A stretch of DNA of 64,000 nucleotides from an uncultured bacterium. Lineage in GTDB: Bacteria > Babelota > Babeliae > Babelales > Babelaceae. The stretch lies in contig OY970209.1 of the NCBI GenBank assembly GCA_963713855.1, forward strand, positions 768,001 through 832,000, in the 5' to 3' direction. Shown in pieces: positions 1 through 9,558 of the stretch. The stretch's first letter is position 1. Every line of letters starts with the position of its first letter. The notes beneath the pieces are model-generated. The model was not told the origin of the DNA and did no database searches. It was given only the letters and a program-made list of their open reading frames with translations. Made by a program: the position numbers and the translations under genes.

Positions 1-777
1 CTCCTCATGATTTAGCCCGGCAAGCTCAAATTCTGTTACCTGGCTGTTGAGAAAGCATCGCAACATTACGAGAAAATCAACAGTCATAGAGCCAAAAAGC
101 TGCATGACTTCTAGAAACGAAGACAAAAAATGGTATATCACGCTGATTGATTCTTCATCAGTATAAGACAAACGTATCTGTCCCGCTGTGGTGACAATTG
201 CGATCAGAGAATAAAGCCAGGTAGATTCATCGATTGAGGCACCGTTTTTAAAAAGCAGCTTAAGCAATTTCCTTATGTGCGCGGCTTGATCGGCGTAGTC
301 TTGGGATTTAGTCCCCCTGGCCATCGATCCAATTATAACATGTGCAAAAACTTTAAATGGATTCCATTTAGGCCCTAATGGAGAGCTTGCGGTTGCGTCA
401 ACTCCGCTAGCAAGAAGTAACTTAAGTGCTTCGTAGTGCCCTGCCCGGGCAGCTAAAAAGAAAAGCATGCTTAGTATATCTGTCCAGCCTCTTTCTATAG
501 CTATATGAATGCTCTGCATGTGCTTATTGGTTAGCGTGGCTGACAGATCGTGAGCTTGGATGATGCGTATGGCCTCTTTTTTATCTTCGCTTTCAAGAGC
601 CTCTAGAAGCTTACGTCCTAAATCAGCTGATGACAGAGCGCCCGCGTTCTGATTTCCCTTTTTCTTTTCTTGGCCTGGTGCACCTTGCTCCTGGTTTTTT
701 TCTTCCATTGCTAAGAGTTTGTCAGGTATGAGCCCTAAAATGCAGATAAGGGCTATAAAAAGGCAAGCATTTTTCAT
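1..777 (-). CDS. Secreted ankyrin-repeat protein, 3'-truncated by window edge; paralog of 954..2639
   Basis: Not in ORF track. Manual translation from ATG at 777: MKNACLFIALICILGLIPDKLLAMEE...LGRKLLEALESEDKKEAIRIIQAHD...LAARAGHYEALKLLLASGVDA...LLKLLFKNGASIDESTW, open to position 1 and collinear with the neighbouring protein. Confidence 0.85.
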   Translation of the reverse strand, partial: MKNACLFIALICILGLIPDKLLAMEEKNQEQGAPGQEKKKGNQNAGALSSADLGRKLLEALESEDKKEAIRIIQAHDLSATLTNKHMQSIHIAIERGWTDILSMLFFLAARAGHYEALKLLLASGVDATASSPLGPKWNPFKVFAHVIIGSMARGTKSQDYADQAAHIRKLLKLLFKNGASIDESTWLYSLIAIVTTAGQIRLSYTDEESISVIYHFLSSFLEVMQLFGSMTVDFLVMLRCFLNSQVTEFELAGLNHEE

Positions 778-953
778 TGAACGATGTCCCTTGTATCTCT
801 ATAAGATCATGAGACTAGCATTAGAAAATAAGAGGGTCTAGCGGGTTTTAGTGCTTTTGAGTGCAAAAAAGTGTGTGATCAATAAATAAAAGGGGAAGGA
901 ATGTATCCTTCCCCATACAAGTTGGTAGCAGTAATGATATGATAGCTAATTCA

Positions 954-2639
954 TTATAGCCTACCAAAACTGGCAAGTTCAGTAATAAGGGAACGTATTT
1001 CCATAGGCATTTGGTTAAAATTTGTCGGATGAGGAATGGCACCGGTTAATGTTGTGGCGATTTGAGATTCTTCAGTTTCATCGGCGTCGAAATGGTGAAA
1101 AATGCGGTTTAGCACACGTCTCTGGAGCAAAAAATCTCGCAGTGAGCGCCTAATAGCTCGAAAAGTGTCATTAGGCTGTTGACGTTCAAATGCTGCAAGC
1201 ATTTGCCCTGGTTCTCTTACATTAAGCTCGACATTTTCGCGCATTCCTATAGCAAGGATACGGCTGACGGTAGGAAGGTGTCCTCCAATTGATGCGTGAA
1301 AAAGTGCTCTATTGAGAGCATCGAGCCAGATAGGGTCACGAATGTTTTTGATATTTGCAGACTCGTATATCCAGTCAAAGCAGTCAACACGGCCCGCCGC
1401 TGCGGCGTAAACTAATGCGGATGCAAACATATCTTTAGTTACTGGTGCTAAACTGCGTTCAAAAATTTCTTCCATTATATCGGGCCTACCTAAGGATGCT
1501 GCTAATTCAAACAACATGGTACAATGTAGGTTATCAAGAATTAAAGGTGCTTCCAAACTCGTATCGCAGTTGGTATATGAAGTAGCTCCTATTTTAGCGG
1601 CTTTATCGAGCAACCATTCCATTCTAACGGTAACTGGCAGAGTATTTCCTTTATCATCAACTACTTCGATACCGAACTGAGTAGCATCTTCAGTTGAAAG
1701 TGGGCCAGCGACAAGATCATGCGATAGGAAACAAGAAAGAAATATAAAAGTCTCATGATTGGTTAAGGCAAATAGGCGTGTTCCTGAAGGTTGCAAATAG
1801 AAGATCTTTAGTAATATATCAAGATCGATGCGCTTGTCGCTAAAGAGTTTCATACGCTCTAAAAAAGATTTTAGTAAGCGATATATATTAGATACTGTAT
1901 GGGTGTCCAGTCCATTAACAACAACTAATTCATTACCAATAAGGCTTCTGGCTGCTGCTACAATGAATGTAATGGCATAGTTCCAGCTTTTCTCATCGAA
2001 GGAAGCACCGCATGTAAAGAGTAGCTTTAATACGTTCTCCATGTCTGCGGCTTCTTGCTCATAGTTTCCAGACTTGAGCGCCCTTAAAAGTGCACCAGTC
2101 ACGACAATACCGAGAGCATTGGTAGGCTTTGTTCTCGTTATGCCATTAACTGATTTGACCGTTTTGTTCATTGTTGACGTTGCATCCGCACCGTTATTTA
2201 ACAGGAATGCTATGCAGTCATGACGAACTCTGGAAGCTGCAAAATGAAGGGGACGAGAGCCATCCTCGCTGGCGGCATCGATGCTTGCACCTCTTTCAAG
2301 AAGGATTTTTAGAATCTCAAGATAACCTCGACCGGCGGCTAGGTGAACGGCCGATCGCCCCGCGTCGTCAGTAATGGTGACATCGGTCTCGTGATCTTGA
2401 AGGATCCTTAAAGCTAGTTTACGATTCCCTCTTTTGAGTGCAATTAAGAGATTTCTTCCGTAAAATGCTGGATCTTTCTTGGTGTCGGTGCTCTTTGGTT
2501 TTTGCTTTGTGTCACTTTTCTGATCTTCAAGATCATAAAGTTTTCGCTTACCGTCGCCTATGGCAGAAAGCGTGCTAGGTAATCCTAGGCAAAACGCACA
2601 GGTAAGAGTTGCAAAAAATAAGCTGTTTTTCATTAACAA
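954..2639 (-). CDS. Secreted ankyrin-repeat protein with C-terminal F-box-like motif (likely start 2633)
   Basis: Signal peptide; ankyrin repeats GRSAVHLAAGRGYLEILKILLERGA and GSRPLHFAASRVRHDCIAFLLNNGAD; ends QMPMEIRSLITELA. Confidence 0.85.
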   Translation of the reverse strand: MLMKNSLFFATLTCAFCLGLPSTLSAIGDGKRKLYDLEDQKSDTKQKPKSTDTKKDPAFYGRNLLIALKRGNRKLALRILQDHETDVTITDDAGRSAVHLAAGRGYLEILKILLERGASIDAASEDGSRPLHFAASRVRHDCIAFLLNNGADATSTMNKTVKSVNGITRTKPTNALGIVVTGALLRALKSGNYEQEAADMENVLKLLFTCGASFDEKSWNYAITFIVAAARSLIGNELVVVNGLDTHTVSNIYRLLKSFLERMKLFSDKRIDLDILLKIFYLQPSGTRLFALTNHETFIFLSCFLSHDLVAGPLSTEDATQFGIEVVDDKGNTLPVTVRMEWLLDKAAKIGATSYTNCDTSLEAPLILDNLHCTMLFELAASLGRPDIMEEIFERSLAPVTKDMFASALVYAAAAGRVDCFDWIYESANIKNIRDPIWLDALNRALFHASIGGHLPTVSRILAIGMRENVELNVREPGQMLAAFERQQPNDTFRAIRRSLRDFLLQRRVLNRIFHHFDADETEESQIATTLTGAIPHPTNFNQMPMEIRSLITELASFGRL

Positions 2640-2848
2640 AATGCCTTTCTAAAGTTAGTGGGCGAGTACTTTAAATAAAAAAAGATCCTATCTTGAGGAC
2701 CTTTTTTGATAAAGAATGTTTCCACCTTAAAGACTAAACTAATTTAATAATATTTCAAGATTGTATTAATAAATAGTTTTTGGTTCGCTATTTTTCTCTT
2801 TTGAAGTACCGATTTTTTTGAATAGCTTTGCGGACTTTAAGCCTTTTT

Positions 2849-3475
2849 TTACTCTGTAACGTGTTCTTTTTTGAGGTACACTTTGACGCCGATGCCTATG
2901 AGAGCTATAAGTCCTAGCAAAAGGCCAATAAGTTTGAGTAAATCACTTAAAGAGGCCCATGACTGCATAAGGCCTGTAAGGAGTGTCAAGGTGCCACCCA
3001 TGATAAACCCTATTTCAAGTGGAAGCACTGGGATGAAAAATGCACCTAAGAATGCAAACAAAGCGATGATGATGGCTATGTAAAGATGAGTTTTTAGTGG
3101 AACTTCATTAACGCGCTTATATGTTGTATTTCTACTCTCACGTGCAACTTCGATGTTATTTCTCAATGTTGCAAGCTTTGATTCAAGAGCATTGACTTCT
3201 TTATCTATCTCTATGCTTTGTGCTGGTTGCTGTGTGCTGACGATTTTTTGAGTAATTTTTAATTCCCGAAGCTCTTCATCTGCTTCTCTCCTTTGTTTTT
3301 CTAAGTCTTTGCAGTTCACGCCTTTGTACTCGCACTGAATATCGTCATATGCGACAGTTGGTTTGATGACGCGGGCTAAAAGGTAAGCGACAAAAGGAAG
3401 TAGAAGTCCGATTGCGATGCTTAAAGTTATATCTCTTACAAGTGCAGCAAGTGTATGCGTCTTTCTAAGATCCAT
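2849..3475 (-). CDS. Membrane protein with coiled-coil loop
   Basis: N-terminal TM helix, heptad-rich centre, about three C-terminal TM helices. Confidence 0.7.
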   Translation of the reverse strand: MDLRKTHTLAALVRDITLSIAIGLLLPFVAYLLARVIKPTVAYDDIQCEYKGVNCKDLEKQRREADEELRELKITQKIVSTQQPAQSIEIDKEVNALESKLATLRNNIEVARESRNTTYKRVNEVPLKTHLYIAIIIALFAFLGAFFIPVLPLEIGFIMGGTLTLLTGLMQSWASLSDLLKLIGLLLGLIALIGIGVKVYLKKEHVTE

Positions 3476-3704
3476 AATTATACCTTTCTTATATGATCAA
3501 TTTCATCGCAACTAAAACTATTGAGCGTCTATTCTTATCATCTGGATGGGTCAAGTATACGCTCCAGTTTATCTTTTGCCAAGATATATGAACGATTTGG
3601 TTTTTATAAGGAACAGTAAGTTTGATGCTTGTAATAGATGTATTGGTATTCTCTGAAAATTTGCATAAACTAGGTAGGCAGTTTTAAAATGCAAGAGAAT
3701 AGTC

Positions 3705-4850
3705 ATGATTTTTTCACCGCAGCCAGCAGTTGTTTACATTATTACAAAGCTTGAACTTGGTGGAGCGCAAAAAGTATGCCTTGCCCTTTTTAAAGAGCTT
3801 CAAAAACGAAATGGAATTGTGTATCTCATCACCGGCAATGAAGGTGAGCTTGTTGATCAAGTGAAGGATTTACCGAACGTTTTTCTTCTTAAAAGCCTCA
3901 AACGCGAGGTGCGTTTTTTTTCTCTATTTTCAGAGGTTAAAACATTTTTTTCGATGATGCGCATTTTGCGTAACCTTAAAAAGAAACATGCAGATATCGT
4001 CGTTCATACTCATGGCTCAAAGGCTGGTGCATTGGGTCGATTTGCAGCATTTTTTGCCGGTATAAAAAAGAGAGTACATACGATCCATGGCTTTCCTTTT
4101 CATGGGCATATGAGCTTTCCCGTCTGGTTTGCACTCTATTCGATAGAGGTTTTGTGTGCTCCGTTGACGACGCATTATATTTGCGTATCTAATGCTGATG
4201 TCCAAACGGGGATTAAAAAAGTACCCTTTTTTAAAGAAAAGTTCTCGCTTATACGTGCAGCTGTAGATATTGAGCACTTTTTTATACCAGCTCGTCAAAC
4301 AAGTGCTTTTCCAGATCGTGGGAAACCTTTCATTTTTGGAACAATTGCTTGCTTTAAAAAGCAAAAAAATATTTTTGATACGCTCAAAGCTTTTCAACAT
4401 GCTCATGAACAAAATCGCTATGTTCGCCTTGAAATAATAGGAGATGGTAGGCTACGACCTGCAATTGAAATATGGATTAAAGAGCACAATTTGCATAGCG
4501 TTGTCACGCTCCATGGTTGGCAACATGACGTTAAACCCTTTTTAAATAGCTGGCATGCCTTTGTGTTAACTTCTTTATGGGAGGGTCTTCCTTGTGCGCT
4601 TATTGAAGCTCGGCTGAGTAAATTGCCTATTTTATGCTACGATACTGGCGGTGTTCGTGACGTTATTTATCATGGAGTTAACGGATTTGTCTATCCCCAG
4701 TATGAATGGAAACAGCTTGCTCGCGGGATGCTTTCTCTGGCTTCGGATGAGCTTTTGTTTATAGCACTTCGCCATTACCCAGATAACCTTACTGATTTTG
4801 GTCTGACTACGATGATACACAAACATGAACAACTGTATTCGGTGCTTTAG
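3705..4850 (+). CDS. GT4-family glycosyltransferase
   Basis: ITKLELGGAQ at N-terminus, VHTH, SLWEGLPCALIEA (EX7E motif). Confidence 0.9.
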   Translation: MIFSPQPAVVYIITKLELGGAQKVCLALFKELQKRNGIVYLITGNEGELVDQVKDLPNVFLLKSLKREVRFFSLFSEVKTFFSMMRILRNLKKKHADIVVHTHGSKAGALGRFAAFFAGIKKRVHTIHGFPFHGHMSFPVWFALYSIEVLCAPLTTHYICVSNADVQTGIKKVPFFKEKFSLIRAAVDIEHFFIPARQTSAFPDRGKPFIFGTIACFKKQKNIFDTLKAFQHAHEQNRYVRLEIIGDGRLRPAIEIWIKEHNLHSVVTLHGWQHDVKPFLNSWHAFVLTSLWEGLPCALIEARLSKLPILCYDTGGVRDVIYHGVNGFVYPQYEWKQLARGMLSLASDELLFIALRHYPDNLTDFGLTTMIHKHEQLYSVL

Positions 4851-4892
4851 AGCTTATTTATTGTTTAATATTGCTTATTATTTTAACTCTTG

Positions 4893-6044
4893 TTAAAAAT
4901 GGTATGAAAAGCCAAGCCAAGCTGTGTAAGTGTTAGATGTTCTTAGGGGTACAAATCCATACGATGCTCCAACGTTAAGAGAAAAAGGATAGGCAGTTTC
5001 TTTTAAGGTGAAGCTGTATTGTCCGTAAAGCGTGTGGCGAGTGTAAGAATCCAATAATCTCTTTTTTGCAAGATCTACGTGTTTTTTAGGTACAAGAACA
5101 AAGTAAGGATTGAAAGACAGCCTTGGGTTATAGCCTAATTCTACAGAATGGTTGTCTTTTGTATATGCGAGGGCGGCGAGAAAATCAACTATCGTTCCAA
5201 CATCGTTTTTTTGATTGAAATAGTTATACGGTAATTTATGAATTGCGTACCCTATTTCTTTATCAAGAAGGTAATGCTGAAAACCTTTTAAAGTACTAAA
5301 GCGCTCAAATTGATGAATCAAGCGTGCATTTACTTTGACGGCTGCGTTTTCACCGCTCACATTGCTAACCCAAAAAGTGTACAGCGTATCAAGTCCCGTG
5401 CCCAGTGACACATGGAACTTATGTTCTAGCTTTATTGGTTCGGTAAGATTTATTTCTTTTAATTGTTCTCTAGTGTAACAAGGCAGTATGGAAAGACCAG
5501 TCAATCCATAAAGGCTTACAAAGCTGTATGGCGTACGTATAAAATCATATCCAACGCTAAAAAGCCCACTGTTAAAACCAAAATCTGCTGTTGAGGTATT
5601 TAAAGAGGTGTTATTTGTCAAACTTCTACCAAACGTATTTGCTTGTTCGCATAAAGTGAGTGTTGAGTCGCCTGTTATATCATTAAGCTCGTATACATCC
5701 GATAGATAGTCCGAAAAATGTGTTATCGGTGCACTAACACTACTATGTGAAGACTGCCCGGCGAGGGCAATAGTCGCTTCTAGCCATAGCGCATGCAAGG
5801 AATACCTTAAAGTTCCAATACCACCTGCGATACAGCTTTCATAACTCATGCGGTGCGCATTGTCTTTGGTGTAAAAGAAGAAGGGAGCCATAGATGCGCT
5901 AAATGTATACGCTTCAGGTTGAGGCAAAACGCTTTCTAGTGCATTTCTCAAAACCAAATCATAAGCAATTGGCCTTGCGTATATCGTAATATAAATGTTT
6001 GGAATCAGTAGGCCAATTATAAGAAGCTTTTTTAGAAAGATCAT
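4893..6044 (-). CDS. Exported protein, probable outer-membrane beta-barrel
   Basis: Signal peptide; alternating amphipathic strands; C-terminal WLGFSYHF resembles a BAM beta-signal. Confidence 0.6.
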   Translation of the reverse strand: MIFLKKLLIIGLLIPNIYITIYARPIAYDLVLRNALESVLPQPEAYTFSASMAPFFFYTKDNAHRMSYESCIAGGIGTLRYSLHALWLEATIALAGQSSHSSVSAPITHFSDYLSDVYELNDITGDSTLTLCEQANTFGRSLTNNTSLNTSTADFGFNSGLFSVGYDFIRTPYSFVSLYGLTGLSILPCYTREQLKEINLTEPIKLEHKFHVSLGTGLDTLYTFWVSNVSGENAAVKVNARLIHQFERFSTLKGFQHYLLDKEIGYAIHKLPYNYFNQKNDVGTIVDFLAALAYTKDNHSVELGYNPRLSFNPYFVLVPKKHVDLAKKRLLDSYTRHTLYGQYSFTLKETAYPFSLNVGASYGFVPLRTSNTYTAWLGFSYHF

Positions 6045-6171
6045 TCTTTTCCTGTTACAAAGATTGTGTCAGGTAAAGTATAGAGATAAAAAAATTACTT
6101 TCAATAATTTAAAAGCAATTATTAGTTTGAGAAATGATATTTTAAAATGAAATGTATAGTGTTATTAGTGA

Positions 6172-6900
6172 CTACTTTGCTGTAGTGCGCTTAGTGCGGG
6201 GTTTTGAATAAAGATAGTCGTCTTCGATACGTTCAAGTGGTGCTAAGGTTTTATAGGTGTTCCAGCTTGTCCGAACAATGGGTGGTGGATTAAAGCGATG
6301 TTTCCAAACAAATAAGCGTGTTTTAGGATCTCCGGGGCTACCGCTTCCAAAATCTCCGTAGCGTTCTTTATAATCCTCATACTGCTTATCTGATGAATAT
6401 TTTGCCAAAATCGATGCAGCGCCAACGACTGTGTATGTTTCATCTGCACGGTGCTCGGGTACTATATGAGCATCAAGTATATTTTTTTTATCGAACACAA
6501 TGCTTAAAGGGAGTGTCGAACTATTGGCTAAAAACTCATAGCGCTCACGAAATTTTTTCTCAGAAGTTTCCCAGTTATCGACATATATGAATTCAGGAAC
6601 GCTTTCTTGCAGATCGCTTATAATCTTGAATACGGTCAACATTTCCCACTCATTAAGATTAAAGCTTTTGTTATCGATCATTGCCGGTGTAAGCTGTTGA
6701 ATGCTGATAGTAAGCGCAGTTTCTTGAATAATCGCAGCAAGCTGGTCTCTTTTTTTCCTTGCTACGAGTTTACTATCTTTGACCCCTAAACGCTTCCATT
6801 TTTTTATCGTTTTTTCATCCGCTACAACACCCGCTACAAAAATGCTCCCAATGCAGGGACACTTTGTCGCATCGTCTATGCCAGCTACTATCTTACTCAT
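6172..6900 (-). CDS. rnhB: Ribonuclease HII, archaeal/eukaryotic-like, atypical motifs
   Basis: GIDD..., GVKDSK, YVD, EHRADETYTVVGAASILAK, GDFGSGSPGDPKT, IVRTSW. Confidence 0.85.
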   Translation of the reverse strand: MSKIVAGIDDATKCPCIGSIFVAGVVADEKTIKKWKRLGVKDSKLVARKKRDQLAAIIQETALTISIQQLTPAMIDNKSFNLNEWEMLTVFKIISDLQESVPEFIYVDNWETSEKKFRERYEFLANSSTLPLSIVFDKKNILDAHIVPEHRADETYTVVGAASILAKYSSDKQYEDYKERYGDFGSGSPGDPKTRLFVWKHRFNPPPIVRTSWNTYKTLAPLERIEDDYLYSKPRTKRTTAK

Positions 6901-7054
6901 GAATCCTCGGCAGCATGTTCATTAATTCAATTATATAATTTTCAAATTCCATAAGCAAATAATTTCTCTTGCGGGCTCCTATATGTTCGATTTAGTTTGC
7001 ATGGTATACTAGCTCATTAATAAAAACTGGTATCTTTTTCTCAAAAAGGCTTAT

Positions 7055-7972
7055 TTGATGGTTTACAAGGATATTCTGCATGCTATAGGTAATACGCCTT
7101 TGATAGAGCTCGATCTTGGTACACCGGCAACCATTTACGCAAAGCTTGAATATCTGAATCCGGGTGGCAGCATCAAAGATCGTACCGCCTTATATATGAT
7201 CGAAAAAGCTGAGCGCGATGGCACGTTAAAACCGGGTGGAACTATCATTGAAGCATCATCGGGAAACCAGGGAATAGGCGCTGCGCTTATTGGAGCGGCT
7301 AAAGGCTATAGAGTTATTATTACAGCTTCCCAGAAGATAAGTACGGAAAAAGTAGATACCTTGCGAGCGTATGGGGCCGAGGTACAGCAATACCCGCCAA
7401 CGAGCTCATTTTCAGATCCAGATAATTATTATAATAAAGCACTTTCATTACACCGATCAACTCCAAACTCATTCATGCTTAATCAATACTTTAACCTTGA
7501 TAATAGTGAAGCCCATTATCACTTGACGGGGCCTGAGATTTGGAAACAGACAAAAGGGCACATTACTCATTTTTGTACGGGCGCTGGCTCTGGTGGCACG
7601 GTAAGCGGGGCTGGAAGGTACTTAAAGGAGCAAAACCCTTCTATTAAAGTGATTGCAGTGGATGCGTTAAATTCTTATCGGACTACCAAAGGAAACCCGA
7701 AGCCGTATAAAATAGAAGGCTTTGGTATAGATTATGATTCTCCGCTTATTGATAGTAAGATCATTGATGAATTTCTTCCAGTTTCAGATACTGATGCTTT
7801 TGACATGTTAAAGCGTTTGGCTCGAAAGCACGGTCTTTTAGTGGGCCCCACAAGCGGTGCTGTAGCGCATGCGGTCTTTCAGTACGCCCAAAACCTGACA
7901 CCAAATGACACTATTGTGACACTCTTTACCGACTCGGGAAGAGCATATCTTACAAAAGGCTTTTATAGTTAA
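7055..7972 (+). CDS. PLP-dependent cysteine synthase / cystathionine beta-synthase family
   Basis: IGNTPL, KLEYLNPGGSIKDR (PLP lysine), SSGN, GAGSGGT. Confidence 0.92.
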   Translation: MMVYKDILHAIGNTPLIELDLGTPATIYAKLEYLNPGGSIKDRTALYMIEKAERDGTLKPGGTIIEASSGNQGIGAALIGAAKGYRVIITASQKISTEKVDTLRAYGAEVQQYPPTSSFSDPDNYYNKALSLHRSTPNSFMLNQYFNLDNSEAHYHLTGPEIWKQTKGHITHFCTGAGSGGTVSGAGRYLKEQNPSIKVIAVDALNSYRTTKGNPKPYKIEGFGIDYDSPLIDSKIIDEFLPVSDTDAFDMLKRLARKHGLLVGPTSGAVAHAVFQYAQNLTPNDTIVTLFTDSGRAYLTKGFYS

Positions 7973-9012
7973 AGCTGAATAGTGCTTTCAACTTGTGGAT
8001 AAGGTGCTATGAGCGTACGCGGAATAACGTTAAGCGTTTGTCCAATTTTTAAGCAAGCAAGGCTCCTGTTTTCAAGATGTGGCATATACGCTTTCCACCA
8101 AGCTTGTAAGCGCTTTATCGGATCAAGCGGTTTATCTATTCCTAAATGATATGCTCCCCAGTGCATGGGAACGAATGCTCGTGCACCAAGATCAAGAAAT
8201 GCTTGCGCGGCTTCTTCGGCATTAACATGTGAGCAGTACATAAGCTCACGCGGTTCACAGGGCCCTATCGGCATAAGTGCCACATCGATGGATGGATATC
8301 GCTCAGCAATAGCTTTAAAATGGCTGCCATAAGCAGTATCGCCCGCAAAATAGACTGAGCTTGTTCCGTAGGTGTGTCCTTCGATCATCCATCCGCCCCA
8401 CAAAGAGCGATTATGATCAAAAAAACCGCGGCGTGACCAGTGAACAGCGGGTACAAAAGTACAATGAAGTGTGTCGGAGAGCGCTAACCGGTCCCACCAC
8501 ATACACTCATGGACGCGCTCAAATCCGCGAGCGCTAAACCAACGCTTATCACCATGGGGAACTAAGAATAGTGGGTTAAAGCGTTCTTTAAGCACATGAA
8601 GAGAATAGGCGTCCATGTGGTCAGGGTGGTTATGGGAAAGAAGGACCGCGTCAATGGGTGGAAGGCGGTCTATGGTAATACCTGGTGGTGTGAGTCGCTG
8701 AAATCGAAGAAAATAGCAGAGATTTCCAAAGATGGGATCAGTCAAAATTGTTTTGCCGCCTATGGTGATGAGAAAAGTCGAGTGGCCAATCCATGTAACA
8801 TGCGTCTCACGCGTTAAAAAAGCGGGTGGTGGTAAAGGGGAATGATCTAGAACCCAGGTTTTAAGCTCTTTTGTATCAAAGGTCCTTGATGATAACATTA
8901 AGCGAACAAACGCGCGTACAGCCCTCCAAAACGTATTTTTAGTTTTTTCTCCAGGATAACTTGCAAAACGGTCTTTGTGCACATGCGGAAAATGCCACCT
9001 GTTCTGAGCCAT
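7969..9012 (-). CDS. MBL-fold hydrolase, NAPE-PLD/RomA-like
   Basis: TWIGHSTF, ILTDP, SHNHPDHMD, YFAGDTAY, PMHWG. Confidence 0.9.
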   Translation of the reverse strand: MAQNRWHFPHVHKDRFASYPGEKTKNTFWRAVRAFVRLMLSSRTFDTKELKTWVLDHSPLPPPAFLTRETHVTWIGHSTFLITIGGKTILTDPIFGNLCYFLRFQRLTPPGITIDRLPPIDAVLLSHNHPDHMDAYSLHVLKERFNPLFLVPHGDKRWFSARGFERVHECMWWDRLALSDTLHCTFVPAVHWSRRGFFDHNRSLWGGWMIEGHTYGTSSVYFAGDTAYGSHFKAIAERYPSIDVALMPIGPCEPRELMYCSHVNAEEAAQAFLDLGARAFVPMHWGAYHLGIDKPLDPIKRLQAWWKAYMPHLENRSLACLKIGQTLNVIPRTLIAPYPQVESTIQL

Positions 9013-9137
9013 AGTTGTTACTTTTTACTTTTGATAAGCAGTTTAAGGGTGGTATACTAAACACTAATGCTACCCTACTTTGAGCAAAATATCAAAAAGA
9101 GTCTCGAATGTTTTTCTTATTGCAGTAAGGCCTTTCC

Positions 9138-9473
9138 ATGATTGAATATCAAGACTTTTCAAAGGTGAAGATATGCGTAGGCACTATCACACAAGTTGAA
9201 CCATTCCCAGAGGCAAGAAAACCTGCCTATAAGCTTCTTATAGATTTTGGTTTACAAATTGGCACAAAAAGATCTTCAGCGCAAATTACAGAGCACTACC
9301 CAGATCCTCAAAAGCTTATTGGAAAGCAGATTTTAGCAGTCGTTAACTTTCCGCCAAAGCAGATTGGGCCTTTTGTTTCAGAGGTCTTAACGCTTGGTCT
9401 TCCTGATGATCGAAAGACAGTTGTACTTGTAGGTCCAGATAGCAAGGTGCCAAATGGGAGTCAGCTTTTTTAG
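9138..9473 (+). CDS. csaA: tRNA-binding protein / export chaperone CsaA
   Basis: FPEARKPAYKL, SSAQIT, VVNFPPKQIGPFVSEVLTLG. Confidence 0.92.
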   Translation: MIEYQDFSKVKICVGTITQVEPFPEARKPAYKLLIDFGLQIGTKRSSAQITEHYPDPQKLIGKQILAVVNFPPKQIGPFVSEVLTLGLPDDRKTVVLVGPDSKVPNGSQLF

Positions 9474-9558
9474 GGTAGCGGCTTTTAATTAAGAATGTCT
9501 GTAGTTCTGCATTTAACTGATAAGTCAAAGCTTGTTAAAGTTATAGATAATTGTTGTT

